Positions 31,193 to 41,027 of a stretch of 64,000 nucleotides of DNA are shown here, in pieces. Each line of letters opens with the position of its first letter. The first letter of the stretch is position 1. The notes beneath the pieces are model-generated. The model saw only the letters and a list, made by a program, of their open reading frames with translations. It made no database searches and was not told the DNA's origin. The DNA is from Burkholderiales bacterium. Lineage in GTDB: Bacteria; Pseudomonadota; Gammaproteobacteria; Burkholderiales; JAEUOS01. The position numbers and the translations under genes were made by a program. The stretch lies in contig CANJDH010000007.1 of the NCBI GenBank assembly GCA_947473125.1, positions 15,598 through 79,597 of the forward strand. Direction: 5' to 3'.

Positions 31193-32142
31193 GCGTTGCC
31201 GAGCTACCCGCTACGCTCAAGGTGCTCGAGCGCGGCTGGGTTTCGTCCAACAACATCGTGTTCCTGGGCCGCGAGCAGAGCGCCGTGGTCGACACCGGCT
31301 ATGGCCGCCACGCCGCGCAAACCGTCGACCTGGTTGGCCGCATGCTGGCGGGGCGTTCGCTTGATCGCATCGTCAACACTCATACCCATTCGGACCACAT
31401 CGGCGGCAATGCCGCCCTGCGGCGCGCCCACCCCGGGGTGCAGATCGCGATTCCGGAGGGCGACCGCGGGGTGATCGGCGCCTGGGATGAAGCGGCCCTG
31501 CACCTCTCCACCATGGGCCAGGAGTGCGAGCGCTTCGACTTCGACGCCAGCTTCACGGCCGGGGATACGCTGGTGCTGGGCGAGATGGCGTGGCGCGTGG
31601 TGGCGTCGCCCGGACACCACATGGCTTCGCTGATGCTGTATTGCGACCAGGCGCGCATCCTGATCTCGGCAGACGCACTCTGGGAGAACGGTTTTGGCGT
31701 GATCTTCCCCGAGGTGGACGGCGATCACGTTTCCCAGGGGGAAGCGTTCGCGGCGCAACAGGCGACGCTCGAGACGATCGCCGCACTCGATATCGCTACC
31801 GTGATTCCCGGACATGGCGCGCCGTTTGGCGGCGTCGATGCGGCGCTTGAGCGCGCCTTTGGCCGCCTCCGTTACTTCATGACGCAGCCGGAGCGCCACG
31901 CGCGCAACGGCCTCAAGGTGGCGCTGGCGTTTCTGCTGATGATCGAAGGCCGGATCGAACTTGCGCGCCTGCCGCAACGCCTTGCGGCGCTGCCGCTTGC
32001 AGCACGCATCAACGAACAGTACTACCAGCTCGACCCGGCTGCGCTGGCGGCATTCGTGGTAGCTGAGCTCGAAAAAGGGGCGGCGGCACACTGCCGCGAA
32101 GGTTGGCTGGTCTCCGGAAAACAAACGGCCGCACCCGATTGA
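31189..32142 (+). CDS. Metallo-beta-lactamase-fold hydrolase
   Basis: VVDTG, THTHSDHIGG (HxHxDH), SPGH, SADAL, IPGHG. Confidence 0.9.
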   Translation: MSVAELPATLKVLERGWVSSNNIVFLGREQSAVVDTGYGRHAAQTVDLVGRMLAGRSLDRIVNTHTHSDHIGGNAALRRAHPGVQIAIPEGDRGVIGAWDEAALHLSTMGQECERFDFDASFTAGDTLVLGEMAWRVVASPGHHMASLMLYCDQARILISADALWENGFGVIFPEVDGDHVSQGEAFAAQQATLETIAALDIATVIPGHGAPFGGVDAALERAFGRLRYFMTQPERHARNGLKVALAFLLMIEGRIELARLPQRLAALPLAARINEQYYQLDPAALAAFVVAELEKGAAAHCREGWLVSGKQTAAPD

Positions 32143-32199
32143 ACCGGTTGCGGCCGCAGGTTTCTGCCCGGCTGCAGAGGATGGCCCTGCAGGGCTGGC

Positions 32200-32853
32200 T
32201 CAGGCCTTCTTGCCCTTGCGTTCCTGGTCAATCAGGAAATCCATGACGGCGAGGCATTTTTCCTGGCCGCTGGCAATCGACGGCGAGGTGACGAATTTGC
32301 CGTTGACCGCAAGCGTCGGCACCCCTTCGACCTTGTAGTTCGCCACGACCTGGCGCGCACGCTGCAGCTTGCCCGCCACGCCGAACGACTTGAACGCGTC
32401 TGAGAATTTCGCCTTGTCGACGCCGTTTTGTGCGGCCCATTCGATCATCTCCGCATCCTTGAGCAGGTCGCGGCGTTCGCCATGAATCGTATCAAAGGCC
32501 TTGCGATGCAGGCGCTCGACTTCGCCGAGCGCCTCGATCGTATAGAACAGCTTGGCGTGCTGCACCCATTGCGGGGTGAACTGTGCGTGCACGCGACGGA
32601 ACAGCACATCGGACGGCAGCTTCTTGGTCCAGGCGTTGAGCGAAGGCTCGAAGGCGTAGCAATGCGGACAGCCGTACCAGAAAAATTCGAGCACCTCGAT
32701 CTTGCCGCCACCTTCGGTGGGTTGCGGCGGCGTCACTTCCTTGTAGTCAATTCCGGCATCAAATCCTTTGGGCTGCGCGGCACTTTTGCCGGCCGAAAGG
32801 GCTAGGCCGGATGCAGCAAAGGCACCAAGGAGGGTTCTGCGCGTTGTATTCAT
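32200..32853 (-). CDS. dsbA: Thiol:disulfide oxidoreductase, DsbA family
   Basis: EFFWYGCPHC, cis-Pro loop GVPT; N-terminus TRRTLL. Confidence 0.9.
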   Translation of the reverse strand: MNTTRRTLLGAFAASGLALSAGKSAAQPKGFDAGIDYKEVTPPQPTEGGGKIEVLEFFWYGCPHCYAFEPSLNAWTKKLPSDVLFRRVHAQFTPQWVQHAKLFYTIEALGEVERLHRKAFDTIHGERRDLLKDAEMIEWAAQNGVDKAKFSDAFKSFGVAGKLQRARQVVANYKVEGVPTLAVNGKFVTSPSIASGQEKCLAVMDFLIDQERKGKKA

Positions 32854-32977
32854 TCCATCTCCCGATCATTGTGTTGCCGCTGGTCACGCCAACGGACGGT
32901 TTGCTTGATATGTAACGCAGCTCGCTTCGGTTTGGCTGACCGGCGCTGCTAACGCTATCCCACCTGCCCTACCGGTC

Positions 32978-33637
32978 CTATTTTTGCCCTGCACGAATCT
33001 GGCCGACAAACTGGTTGACCATGCGGATCGCCTCGTAGTGACTGCCGGCCGATCCGCTGGACACGGCAAACCGGCCGCCCACCACCAGGGTCGGCGTGGC
33101 GCGAATCGCATAGGCCGCCGTCAGTTTGCGCGCCTCGTCGACCTTGGCCTTGATGTCGTCCGAGTTGTAGACCTCCATGAATCGATTGCGTTCCACGCCG
33201 TTACGCGCCAGCCAGTCGATCAATTTGGCTTCCTCGGACAATTGCACACCGTCAAAATTGATCACGTCGTAAATCGGCCGATGCAGGCGACCGCCCTCAC
33301 CGAGCTTGTCGAGGGCGAAATAGGTCTTGGTCAAGGGTGCCCATTTTTCGTCGCGCAACGCCGGGATGTAACGAAACGAAACATCGTCGGGCTTGCGCGC
33401 CAGCCAGTCGTCAATCAGCGGTTGCTGGTCGAAGCAATGCGGGCAGCCATAATAGAAAAACTGGATCACTTCGATCTTGCCCTTGGGGCTGTCGCCCAGC
33501 AGGCCCGAGACCGGCGGCAGCGCCGGGTCGATGGTGCGGAACGGCAGGGTCGTGCGCACCTGGGCAAACGCGCTGCCGACGACCAACGTCAGAAGCAAAG
33601 CGCCTGCCCACTTCACGATCGAACCAGGATCTCGCAT
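32978..33637 (-). CDS. Second DsbA-family oxidoreductase
   Basis: QFFYYGCPHC, cis-Pro loop ATPT; Sec-type signal peptide. Confidence 0.88.
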   Translation of the reverse strand: MRDPGSIVKWAGALLLTLVVGSAFAQVRTTLPFRTIDPALPPVSGLLGDSPKGKIEVIQFFYYGCPHCFDQQPLIDDWLARKPDDVSFRYIPALRDEKWAPLTKTYFALDKLGEGGRLHRPIYDVINFDGVQLSEEAKLIDWLARNGVERNRFMEVYNSDDIKAKVDEARKLTAAYAIRATPTLVVGGRFAVSSGSAGSHYEAIRMVNQFVGQIRAGQK

Positions 33638-33737
33638 GGTGTACCCCTGCTAAAAACCGGATGCCCCGGCGATGCCATTTCCGACTGCTGCCAGCCGCTA
33701 CCTGTTTGTGCCTGCCACGCCCTGCCGCCCCGGCCCG

Positions 33738-34415
33738 TTATTTCTGACCATCCTTGATGCGAATCAGCGCCGCGTCAATGCCGTTGGTCGCCAACGTCGA
33801 GCGCACCCGGTTGATGTCATCGAGCCGACCGTATGGACCGAGCCGCACCCGGTGCATGGTGCCCTTGCCCTCGACATCGACGGTTTCGACCTTGGCCTCA
33901 AAGCCGAGCAGCGCCAGCTTGGCCTTCTGGTTATCGGCGTCGCCGGCCGAGCCAAAAGCGCCGGCCTGCAGGAAATACTGTTCTTTCGAGACCGACTTGG
34001 CGTCATCGGGCTTGGGCGACCCCTTCGGGTCGGCCTTTGGGTCGGCTTTGGCATCCGCCTTGGCCACTTCCTGGGCCTTGCGCGCGTCCACCACCTCTTC
34101 CTTGCCGGGCAGGATTTCGTAAAACGAGAAGCGCTTTTCTTCCGTGGGCACCGCAGCCTTAGACGGGTCGCCCGCCTTGGCATCCTTGCCGTACAGCGGT
34201 TTGTTGGGGTCGGACGAATCCGCCGCACCCTTGCTGGGCACCTTCGCGGCGCCACTGCCGGTCTTGTCGGCGAACGGCTTGGGACCCTTGTTGAGGTAGA
34301 AGGCCACGGCAACCGCGATCACCAGACCCAGCACCAGCCCGATCACGATGCCAAGGAAAGTGCCGCCGCCGCTTTTGGCTTTGGGAGGAGTATTTTTGAA
34401 TTCGCGTTTGGCCAT
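33738..34415 (-). CDS. SPOR-domain cell division protein (FtsN-like)
   Basis: N-terminal TM helix, FSFYEIL, C-terminal SPOR FLQAGAF...HRVRLGPY; conserved argS-SPOR-dsbA context. Confidence 0.88.
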   Translation of the reverse strand: MAKREFKNTPPKAKSGGGTFLGIVIGLVLGLVIAVAVAFYLNKGPKPFADKTGSGAAKVPSKGAADSSDPNKPLYGKDAKAGDPSKAAVPTEEKRFSFYEILPGKEEVVDARKAQEVAKADAKADPKADPKGSPKPDDAKSVSKEQYFLQAGAFGSAGDADNQKAKLALLGFEAKVETVDVEGKGTMHRVRLGPYGRLDDINRVRSTLATNGIDAALIRIKDGQK

Positions 34416-34450
34416 GGTGTCAGGCGGGATGATCCTGGAAGCGTGCTCTG

Positions 34451-36241
34451 TTACATCGAGTCCGGTGCCGATACGCCGATCAGGGCAAGCGCATTTTCGA
34501 TCACCTGCGCGGTCGCCGCATAGAGGGCGAGACGCGCCATTTTAACCGGTTCGGCCGCGCTCAAAACCCGCAACTCGCGCTCGTTGTACAGCGAATGGAA
34601 CTCACTGGCCAGGTCGCGCAGGTAGAAGGCCAGGTCGTGCGGCGCCAGGTCGCGGGCGGCGTTCTGCAGCAACTCCGGGTATTCGGCAAGTTTCTGCATC
34701 AAGGCCAGTTCGCGAACGTGGGACAAGGCCGCCAGATCGGCTCGCGCCATGGCCTGGCGGCCAAAAAACTCGGCCGACGGGCCGCCTGCGGCAGCGCCCG
34801 CCGCTTGCCCACCCAACCCTTCGCGCAGGACACTGCAAATGCGTGCGTGTGCGTACTGGACGTAATACACCGGGTTTTCGTCGGTGGTCTTTTGTGCGAG
34901 ATCGATGTCGAAGACAAACTCGGTGTCGGCCTTGCGCGAGATCAGGAAAAACCTGACGGCATCGCGCCCCTTGACGATCGCGGCCGCATCCGTACCACCA
35001 CCCGACATCTCGATCAGGTCGCGCAGGGTCACGTAGGAGCCGGCGCGTTTCGAAATCTTGACCTCTTCGCCGCCCTTCATCACCGTGACCATCTTGTGCA
35101 GCACGTAATCCGGATAAGCCGCCGGGATGCCGACGTTGGCCGCCTGCAGGCCGGCGCGCACCCGCGCAATCGTGCCGTGGTGGTCGGAGCCCTGCACGTT
35201 GACCACCTTGGCAAAGCCGCGCTGCCATTTGCTGATGTGGTAGGCCACGTCCGGCACGAAGTAGGTGTAGGTACCGTCGGACTTTTTCATCACGCGGTCC
35301 TTGTCGTCACCGTAATCGGTACTCCTCAACCACAGCGCACCACCCTCTTCGTAGGTCTTGCCCGCAGCCTTCAGGGCGGTGACGGTGGCATCAACCTTGC
35401 CATCCTGGTACAGCGACGACTCGAGGTAGTAATTGTCGAAACGCACGCCGAACAGCTTGAGGTCAAGATCCTGCTCGCCACGCAGGTAGGCGACGGCGAA
35501 ACGGCGAATCGAATCAAGGTCGGTCAGGTCGCCCGAGGCAGTGACGTCCCGGTCGGCCGCCTTGACCGATTTCTTCGCCAGGAAATCGGCCGCGATGTCG
35601 GCAATGTAGCTCCCGTTGTAGGCTGCCTCCGGCCAGGCCGCGTCACCGGGCGCCAAGCCCTTGCAGCGCGCCTGCACCGAAATGGCCAGGTTGGCAATCT
35701 GCGCCCCGGCATCGTTGTAGTAGAACTCACGCGTCACCGCGAAGCCTTGCGTGTCGAACAGGTTGCACAGCGCGTCGCCCAGCGCCGCCTGGCGCCCGTG
35801 GCCGACGTGCAGGGGCCCGGTGGGGTTGGCAGACACGAATTCAACCAGCAGGCGGCCGGCACTGCCGGCTGCGTCGGCGCTGCGGCCAAACGTCACAGCC
35901 TGCGCCATGATGTCGTCCAAGACCCGGCGCTTTGCCCGCGGCGCAATACGCAAATTGATGAAGCCGGGCCCGGCAATCTCGGCCGCCGCGATCACCCGCC
36001 CTGCAGCGGCGTCGGCACCCAGGGCGGCAACGATCGCCTCGGCGAGCGCGCGCGGGTTCTTTTTGAGCGCCTTCGCCAGTTGCATGGCCACATTGCAGGC
36101 CAGATCACCGTGCGCCGCCGCCTTGGGGCGCTCCAGGAGGATCGTTGCAGTAGCTGCGGCGTCGCCGGCATCCGCCCCGAGAGCGTTGGTGAGAGCTGTT
36201 CTCAGGGCCGCGACCACTTCTTGTTTGACTGCAGGGAGCAT
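34451..36241 (-). CDS. argS: Arginine--tRNA ligase
   Basis: [25 protein letters not shown] (HIGH), [15 protein letters not shown]. Start moved to ATG 36241. Confidence 0.97.
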   Translation of the reverse strand: MLPAVKQEVVAALRTALTNALGADAGDAAATATILLERPKAAAHGDLACNVAMQLAKALKKNPRALAEAIVAALGADAAAGRVIAAAEIAGPGFINLRIAPRAKRRVLDDIMAQAVTFGRSADAAGSAGRLLVEFVSANPTGPLHVGHGRQAALGDALCNLFDTQGFAVTREFYYNDAGAQIANLAISVQARCKGLAPGDAAWPEAAYNGSYIADIAADFLAKKSVKAADRDVTASGDLTDLDSIRRFAVAYLRGEQDLDLKLFGVRFDNYYLESSLYQDGKVDATVTALKAAGKTYEEGGALWLRSTDYGDDKDRVMKKSDGTYTYFVPDVAYHISKWQRGFAKVVNVQGSDHHGTIARVRAGLQAANVGIPAAYPDYVLHKMVTVMKGGEEVKISKRAGSYVTLRDLIEMSGGGTDAAAIVKGRDAVRFFLISRKADTEFVFDIDLAQKTTDENPVYYVQYAHARICSVLREGLGGQAAGAAAGGPSAEFFGRQAMARADLAALSHVRELALMQKLAEYPELLQNAARDLAPHDLAFYLRDLASEFHSLYNERELRVLSAAEPVKMARLALYAATAQVIENALALIGVSAPDSM

Positions 36242-36320
36242 GGGGAAGGCTCGCGCGCGATGGCGCGCGTTGGACAATCGCGAATTATAGCCAACGCGCC
36301 CCACGCGCCGCCCAGTGCAG

Positions 36321-36346
36321 CGCAGGTCTAGTACGCAGGTCTAGTA
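36321..36346. repeat. 13-bp perfect tandem duplication CGCAGGTCTAGTA x2 spanning the PCuAC stop codon
   Basis: Copies at 36321-36333 and 36334-36346. Confidence 0.9.
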
Positions 36347-36817
36347 CTTGTGCTGCCTGTCGTCCTTGGCGGCGGCCTTCGGCGCCGCGCCGGTCAGCGA
36401 GCGTGCCGCGGCCTTGATTTCCACGGTTTCTCGCTTCTTGTCGCGGCCTTCGAACACCAGCGTCAGCGGCACGCGGTCGTCCGCTTTGACCTGGCCTTTG
36501 AGATCCATCAGCATCACGTGGTAGCCACCCGGCTTGAGCTCGACGGCCTTGCCGGCCGGCAGGACAACGCCCTCGACGGCACGCATCTTCATCACGTTGT
36601 TCTCCATCTTCATTTCATGGATCTCGACGATGCCGGCGATCGACGATTTGGCTTCGATCAGCTTTGAATCTGCCGGCGCGGTCAGCTGCATGAAGGCGCC
36701 GGTGGCGGTCTGCTGCGGCACGGTGGCGCGCACCCAGGCGTCCTTGACGGCGACTTGTGCAAAAGCGGAAGTGCTGCAAACGGTGGCGATGAGAGTGGCG
36801 AGAACTGTGTGTTTCAT
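36341..36817 (-). CDS. Periplasmic copper chaperone PCu(A)C
   Basis: Signal peptide; AWVRAT, GAFM, EIHEMKMENNVMKMR...LKPGGYHVMLM (H-x-M...H-x-M Cu motif). Start at ATG 36817. Confidence 0.93.
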   Translation of the reverse strand: MKHTVLATLIATVCSTSAFAQVAVKDAWVRATVPQQTATGAFMQLTAPADSKLIEAKSSIAGIVEIHEMKMENNVMKMRAVEGVVLPAGKAVELKPGGYHVMLMDLKGQVKADDRVPLTLVFEGRDKKRETVEIKAAARSLTGAAPKAAAKDDRQHKY

Positions 36818-36973
36818 GATGACTCCTTGGCTGAAATGGATGAAGCGGATTCTAGAAGCGTGCGCGGGTCGTCGGCGACCTGGTCCGCTGGGTGCTCGTG
36901 GCATCGCACCCACAAGCGGCCTGAAAACCGTTAGCGGGCGCGGCTTTGGAGCCGAACCCGCAGCAAGGCTGGG

Positions 36974-37351
36974 TCAGGCGCGCGCTGGTGGCCCGGTCGC
37001 GGGAGGCGTGTGGTGCGTCAGGCCCGCTTCCGCGCGGGCAAGATGCGTGTTGCTGCCAGCGCGACCGCCCGCAGGGTTTGGCGTGCGCGGCGTTGAAGCT
37101 GCGGGCGTGGCCGACCCCGAGCACAGCGGGCAATGCAAACCATGCTGTTCACCGGCATTGGCGGGCGCCTCGACCGGCACTCCATCAGCGCCGAGACTGA
37201 CGCGCTTGATGCCGCCGCCCGAGAGGCACATCTCGACCAACAGGCCGACGCCACCGGTCGGCTGCGCATACGCGGCGAGCGGCATGGCCGCCTGCGGCAG
37301 CGCCAGAAGCAGCGCGAGCCAGACAAAACGGAGGCGGTTGAAGAGGTGCAT
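36974..37351 (-). CDS. DUF2946-family (CruR/CutF-like) leader protein, C-terminal TGPP
   Basis: N-terminal hydrophobic helix, VEMC, HCPLC (CxxC), Pro-rich end PPATGPPARA. Confidence 0.75.
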   Translation of the reverse strand: MHLFNRLRFVWLALLLALPQAAMPLAAYAQPTGGVGLLVEMCLSGGGIKRVSLGADGVPVEAPANAGEQHGLHCPLCSGSATPAASTPRTPNPAGGRAGSNTHLARAEAGLTHHTPPATGPPARA

Positions 37352-37360
37352 GGCGGCGCC

Positions 37361-37425
37361 ATTCTAGCGCCAAGCCGCGCGCCTGCGCCATCCAATTGAT
37401 GCGAAGCGGCAGCCGATGCTACAAT
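37361..37425. promoter_or_regulatory. Divergent -10 elements of the two DUF2946 genes
   Basis: Minus strand TAGAAT (37366-37361) lies 9 nt before ATG 37351; plus strand TGCTACAAT (37417-37425) lies 6 nt before ATG 37432; no SD before either start. Confidence 0.55.
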
Positions 37426-37431
37426 TCGCCG

Positions 37432-37833
37432 ATGCACCAGTTCGCAAAATCAAGACGAGTCGCCGCCTGGATCGCCGCTTTGGCGATTATGCTGTCTGCG
37501 CTCGCACCGTCGATTTCGCATGCCCTGGTTGCCTACGCGGGCGGACCGGCCGACTCCGTGCTGGTATGTACCTCCGCCGGCTACAAGTGGGTCAATGTAT
37601 CGACCGGCGAGCAGCCCAATGCGCCGGCTGAAACCGAAAAGGCCGGGAACCACTTCGAGCGTTGCGCGTTTTGCGGCACCCACGCCGACACTTTTGCACT
37701 CGCTCCGCTCGATGGCATCACCGCTCCGGTGATCGACGCGGTCCATCTCGCGCCATCCCTGTTCCATCACTCGCCACGCCCGCTGTTCGTGTGGTCCGCA
37801 TCGCGCTCGCGCGCCCCTCCCGCCCTCTCCTGA
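37432..37833 (+). CDS. DUF2946-family (CruR/CutF-like) leader protein with RAPP arrest motif
   Basis: WIAALAIMLSALAPSIS helix, LVCTSAG, RCAFC (CxxC), C-terminal SRSRAPPALS; upstream of a TonB-dependent uptake operon. Confidence 0.88.
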   Translation: MHQFAKSRRVAAWIAALAIMLSALAPSISHALVAYAGGPADSVLVCTSAGYKWVNVSTGEQPNAPAETEKAGNHFERCAFCGTHADTFALAPLDGITAPVIDAVHLAPSLFHHSPRPLFVWSASRSRAPPALS

Positions 37834-37898
37834 TCCTCGCAAGAGCGCCCACCTGACTTGTTCGGGCAGGCTTTCGTGTTGCATCCGGAAGGGACGTC

Positions 37899-38666
37899 AT
37901 GTCCGACGCTGTTGCCCCGCGCAGCCACGCTGCCAACGGGCATCTCGACAATCAGTCAAGCCTGCCAGGTTCGCTTAGCGCGAATCTGGTTGGTGGCTTT
38001 GACGCATTCGACGCGCGCGAATCGCTGGCCGCACGCCTGGCCAAGCTCGCCGGCGTGGTGGCATTGCACGCCGCATTGATTGCGTTGGCCCTGACGATCC
38101 AGCCGCGCCTGCTGGACGAACTGTTGCCGAAGCCACTGAATGTGCGCACGATTGTTGAAGAGGTCAAGCCGCCGGAGCCGCGCAAGCCCGAGGTGATTCC
38201 GCCGAAACCACTGCCGCAGGCCAGGCAGGTGGCACGGCCGCCGCAGCCGGCGCCGCCGGTGATGACCGGGGCATCAAACGCGGATTCCGCGCCCGCGACA
38301 TTTGCCGTGACGCCACAACCTGCGCCGGTGCCGCTTGCGCCTCCTGCACCGCCGGCACCCGTCGCCGCTCCGGCTCCGGCGCAGGTCACGGCAGCGCGCT
38401 TTGACGCCGACTACCTGAAAAATCCGCCGCCCGCCTACCCCTCGCTGTCGCGCCGCCTGCGCGAGGAAGGTCGCGTGCTGCTGCTGGTGCGCGTTTCCGC
38501 GCAGGGCGCGGCCGACAGCGTGCAGTTGCGCCAGAGCAGCGGGTTCTCCCGCCTCGACGAGGCTGCAATCGAGGCGGTCAGGCAATGGCGCTTTATCCCT
38601 GCGAAACGCGGTGACGAGGCGATTGCCGCATCCGTCATCGTACCCATCGTTTTTCGTATCGAATAA
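37899..38666 (+). CDS. TonB energy transducer
   Basis: TM anchor with conserved His (VVALHAALI), Pro-rich spacer, C-domain NPPPAYP...GRVLLLV...SSGFSRLDEAA. Confidence 0.93.
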   Translation: MSDAVAPRSHAANGHLDNQSSLPGSLSANLVGGFDAFDARESLAARLAKLAGVVALHAALIALALTIQPRLLDELLPKPLNVRTIVEEVKPPEPRKPEVIPPKPLPQARQVARPPQPAPPVMTGASNADSAPATFAVTPQPAPVPLAPPAPPAPVAAPAPAQVTAARFDADYLKNPPPAYPSLSRRLREEGRVLLLVRVSAQGAADSVQLRQSSGFSRLDEAAIEAVRQWRFIPAKRGDEAIAASVIVPIVFRIE

Positions 38667-38686
38667 ATCCCAATCTAGGAATTTCC

Positions 38687-40999
38687 ATGAATCGCCACAT
38701 CAACAAGACACACGCGACAGTACTGCTGGCTGCTTTCGCCGCTCCCGCATTCCCCCAACAAGCTGCAGAACAAACCCTTGCGCCGGTGGTCGTCAGGGAA
38801 GCCCCGTCTGCCGCCGACAAGGTACAGAGCCCGGCCACCACCGAGAGCATCACGCGCGAACGCATCAACGACACCACCAACGTGATGAACGCGGAAGACG
38901 CCTTCCGGTATATGCCCAGCACGGTCGTTCGCAAGCGGCACATCGGCGACACCCAGGCACCAATATCGACCCGCACCTCCGGCCTCGGCGCCAGCGCGCG
39001 CAGCCTGATCTTTGCCGATGGCATGCTGCTCTCGGCGCTGATTGCAAATGACAACAACAACGGCGGCCCGAAGTTCGGCATGATCAATCCCGAAGAGATC
39101 GAGCGCATTGACCTGATGTACGGCCCGTTCTCGGCCGCCTATGCCGGCAATTCGATCGGTACAGTTGCCGAGATCACGACACGCATGCCGGACAAGTTCG
39201 AGGCGACAGCGAAGTTCTCGGAAAACTGGCAAAACTACAAGCAATACAGCACCAGCGACACCTATGTGTCGAAACAGGGCAGCGCCCTGATCGGCAGCAA
39301 GGTCGGGGATTTGTCATTCTGGCTTGGCGCCAACCACCTCGACAGCAACAGCCAGCCCCTCACTTACGTGACCACGCCGGTACGGCCCGCGGCAGCCGCC
39401 GGTACCACGGCCACCGGGGCGATCCTCGATGCCAACCGCAACGGCAACCAGATTTTCATTCTCGGTGAGAGCGGCCTCGAACACCATATCCAGGACAACT
39501 TCAAGATCAAGGTGGCCTACGACTTCACGCCGACGCTGCGCGCCACCTATACCGGCGGTATTTTCCAGAACAACACCACGTCGTCGGTCAAGACCTACCT
39601 GACGGATGCAGCCGGCCGGCCGTTTTACGGCAACGGCACCGTGCTCAATCTCGGCGGCTACAACTCGGCCAACGCCGGCCAGACGGCGAACGCCACGGTG
39701 GCCAACACCGCGTTCTCCAGCGGCATGTACAAGTTCATAGAAGAACACACCATGCACAACGTCTCGATCAAGTCGAACACCAGGGGCATCTGGGACTGGG
39801 AAGCGACCGCCACCAGCTACAACTACGGCAAGTCCGAAAAACGCACGCCGACCAGCGCGATGCCCAATGCGATGAGCGGCGGCGCCGGCACCATCCTCGA
39901 CATGGCCGGCACCGGTTGGGGTGCAGCCGATGTGAAGGGTTTCTGGCGGCCGCTGGGCATCAACGGCGCGCACAGCGTGAGCTTTGGCGCGCACTATGAC
40001 CGGTCGATACTGGACCAGCCGACCTGGAACACCACCTACTGGCTCAGTGGCGACAAGACCACGCTCAATTCCGACTCGCGCGGCAAGACCGAGACCCGCG
40101 CGGTGTGGGGCCAGGACGTGTGGAAATTTGCACCCGGCTGGAAAGCCACCCTCGGCGCGCGGGTCGAGCGCTGGCGTGCGTTTGACGGCCGCAACCTCTC
40201 CGCCGGCATCAACTCCGTGCAGCCGGGCCTCAATGCCGCGGGCTTTTCGCCCAAGGCATCCGTGTCGTGGGAAGTCAGCAAAGATTGGCTCGTGACCGGC
40301 TCGGTCGGGCGCGCCTACCGCTTTCCGACCGTGACCGAGCTGTACAAGGCGGCCACAGTAGGCGGCGTGACCAGCTTCCCCAATCCCAACCTGCAACCTG
40401 AACACGCCTTGTCCAGTGAACTGTCGTTCGAGCGCGCCCTCGCCGACGGCCGCTTGCGCGTATCGCTGTTTCAGGAATACGTGCGCGACGCACTGATCTC
40501 GCAGAGCACCCTGATCGCGGGCGGGGTAACCAATACCGTCGTGAATGTGGACCAGACGCGTGGACGCGGCGTCGAAGTGGTTTATCAGCAGAACAACGTC
40601 TTCATGCGCGGCCTCGAACTGATGGGCAGCGTGACCTACTCGGATACCCGTGTCATCGCCGACACTGCCTACCCGACAGCCGTGGGCAAACAAATACCCA
40701 ACGTGCCGATGTGGCGTGCCACCGCGACGGCAACTTATCGTCCGAATGACCAGCTGGCCGCAACGCTGGCGGTGCGCTACCTGGGCAAGCAATACGGGAC
40801 GATTGAAAACTGGGACGGCTACGGGCATACCTACCAGGGATGGGAAGGTTTTTTTGTTGCCGACGTGCGCGTGCGCTACAAGATCGACAGGAACTGGACC
40901 GCCTCGGTCGGCATCGACAACCTGAACAACTACAACTACATCATGTTCCACCCGTTCCCGCAACGTTCGCTGAGTGCGGAATTGAAATACACCTACTGA
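38687..40999 (+). CDS. TonB-dependent outer membrane receptor (probable metal or metallophore uptake)
   Basis: Signal peptide, TonB-box-like TLAPVVV, plug motif IERIDLMYGPFSAAY, NPNLQPE, GIDNLNN, aromatic C-terminus. Confidence 0.95.
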   Translation: MNRHINKTHATVLLAAFAAPAFPQQAAEQTLAPVVVREAPSAADKVQSPATTESITRERINDTTNVMNAEDAFRYMPSTVVRKRHIGDTQAPISTRTSGLGASARSLIFADGMLLSALIANDNNNGGPKFGMINPEEIERIDLMYGPFSAAYAGNSIGTVAEITTRMPDKFEATAKFSENWQNYKQYSTSDTYVSKQGSALIGSKVGDLSFWLGANHLDSNSQPLTYVTTPVRPAAAAGTTATGAILDANRNGNQIFILGESGLEHHIQDNFKIKVAYDFTPTLRATYTGGIFQNNTTSSVKTYLTDAAGRPFYGNGTVLNLGGYNSANAGQTANATVANTAFSSGMYKFIEEHTMHNVSIKSNTRGIWDWEATATSYNYGKSEKRTPTSAMPNAMSGGAGTILDMAGTGWGAADVKGFWRPLGINGAHSVSFGAHYDRSILDQPTWNTTYWLSGDKTTLNSDSRGKTETRAVWGQDVWKFAPGWKATLGARVERWRAFDGRNLSAGINSVQPGLNAAGFSPKASVSWEVSKDWLVTGSVGRAYRFPTVTELYKAATVGGVTSFPNPNLQPEHALSSELSFERALADGRLRVSLFQEYVRDALISQSTLIAGGVTNTVVNVDQTRGRGVEVVYQQNNVFMRGLELMGSVTYSDTRVIADTAYPTAVGKQIPNVPMWRATATATYRPNDQLAATLAVRYLGKQYGTIENWDGYGHTYQGWEGFFVADVRVRYKIDRNWTASVGIDNLNNYNYIMFHPFPQRSLSAELKYTY

Positions 41000-41027
41000 T
41001 GCGGCAATCCAACGTGAAGGAAGCAAC

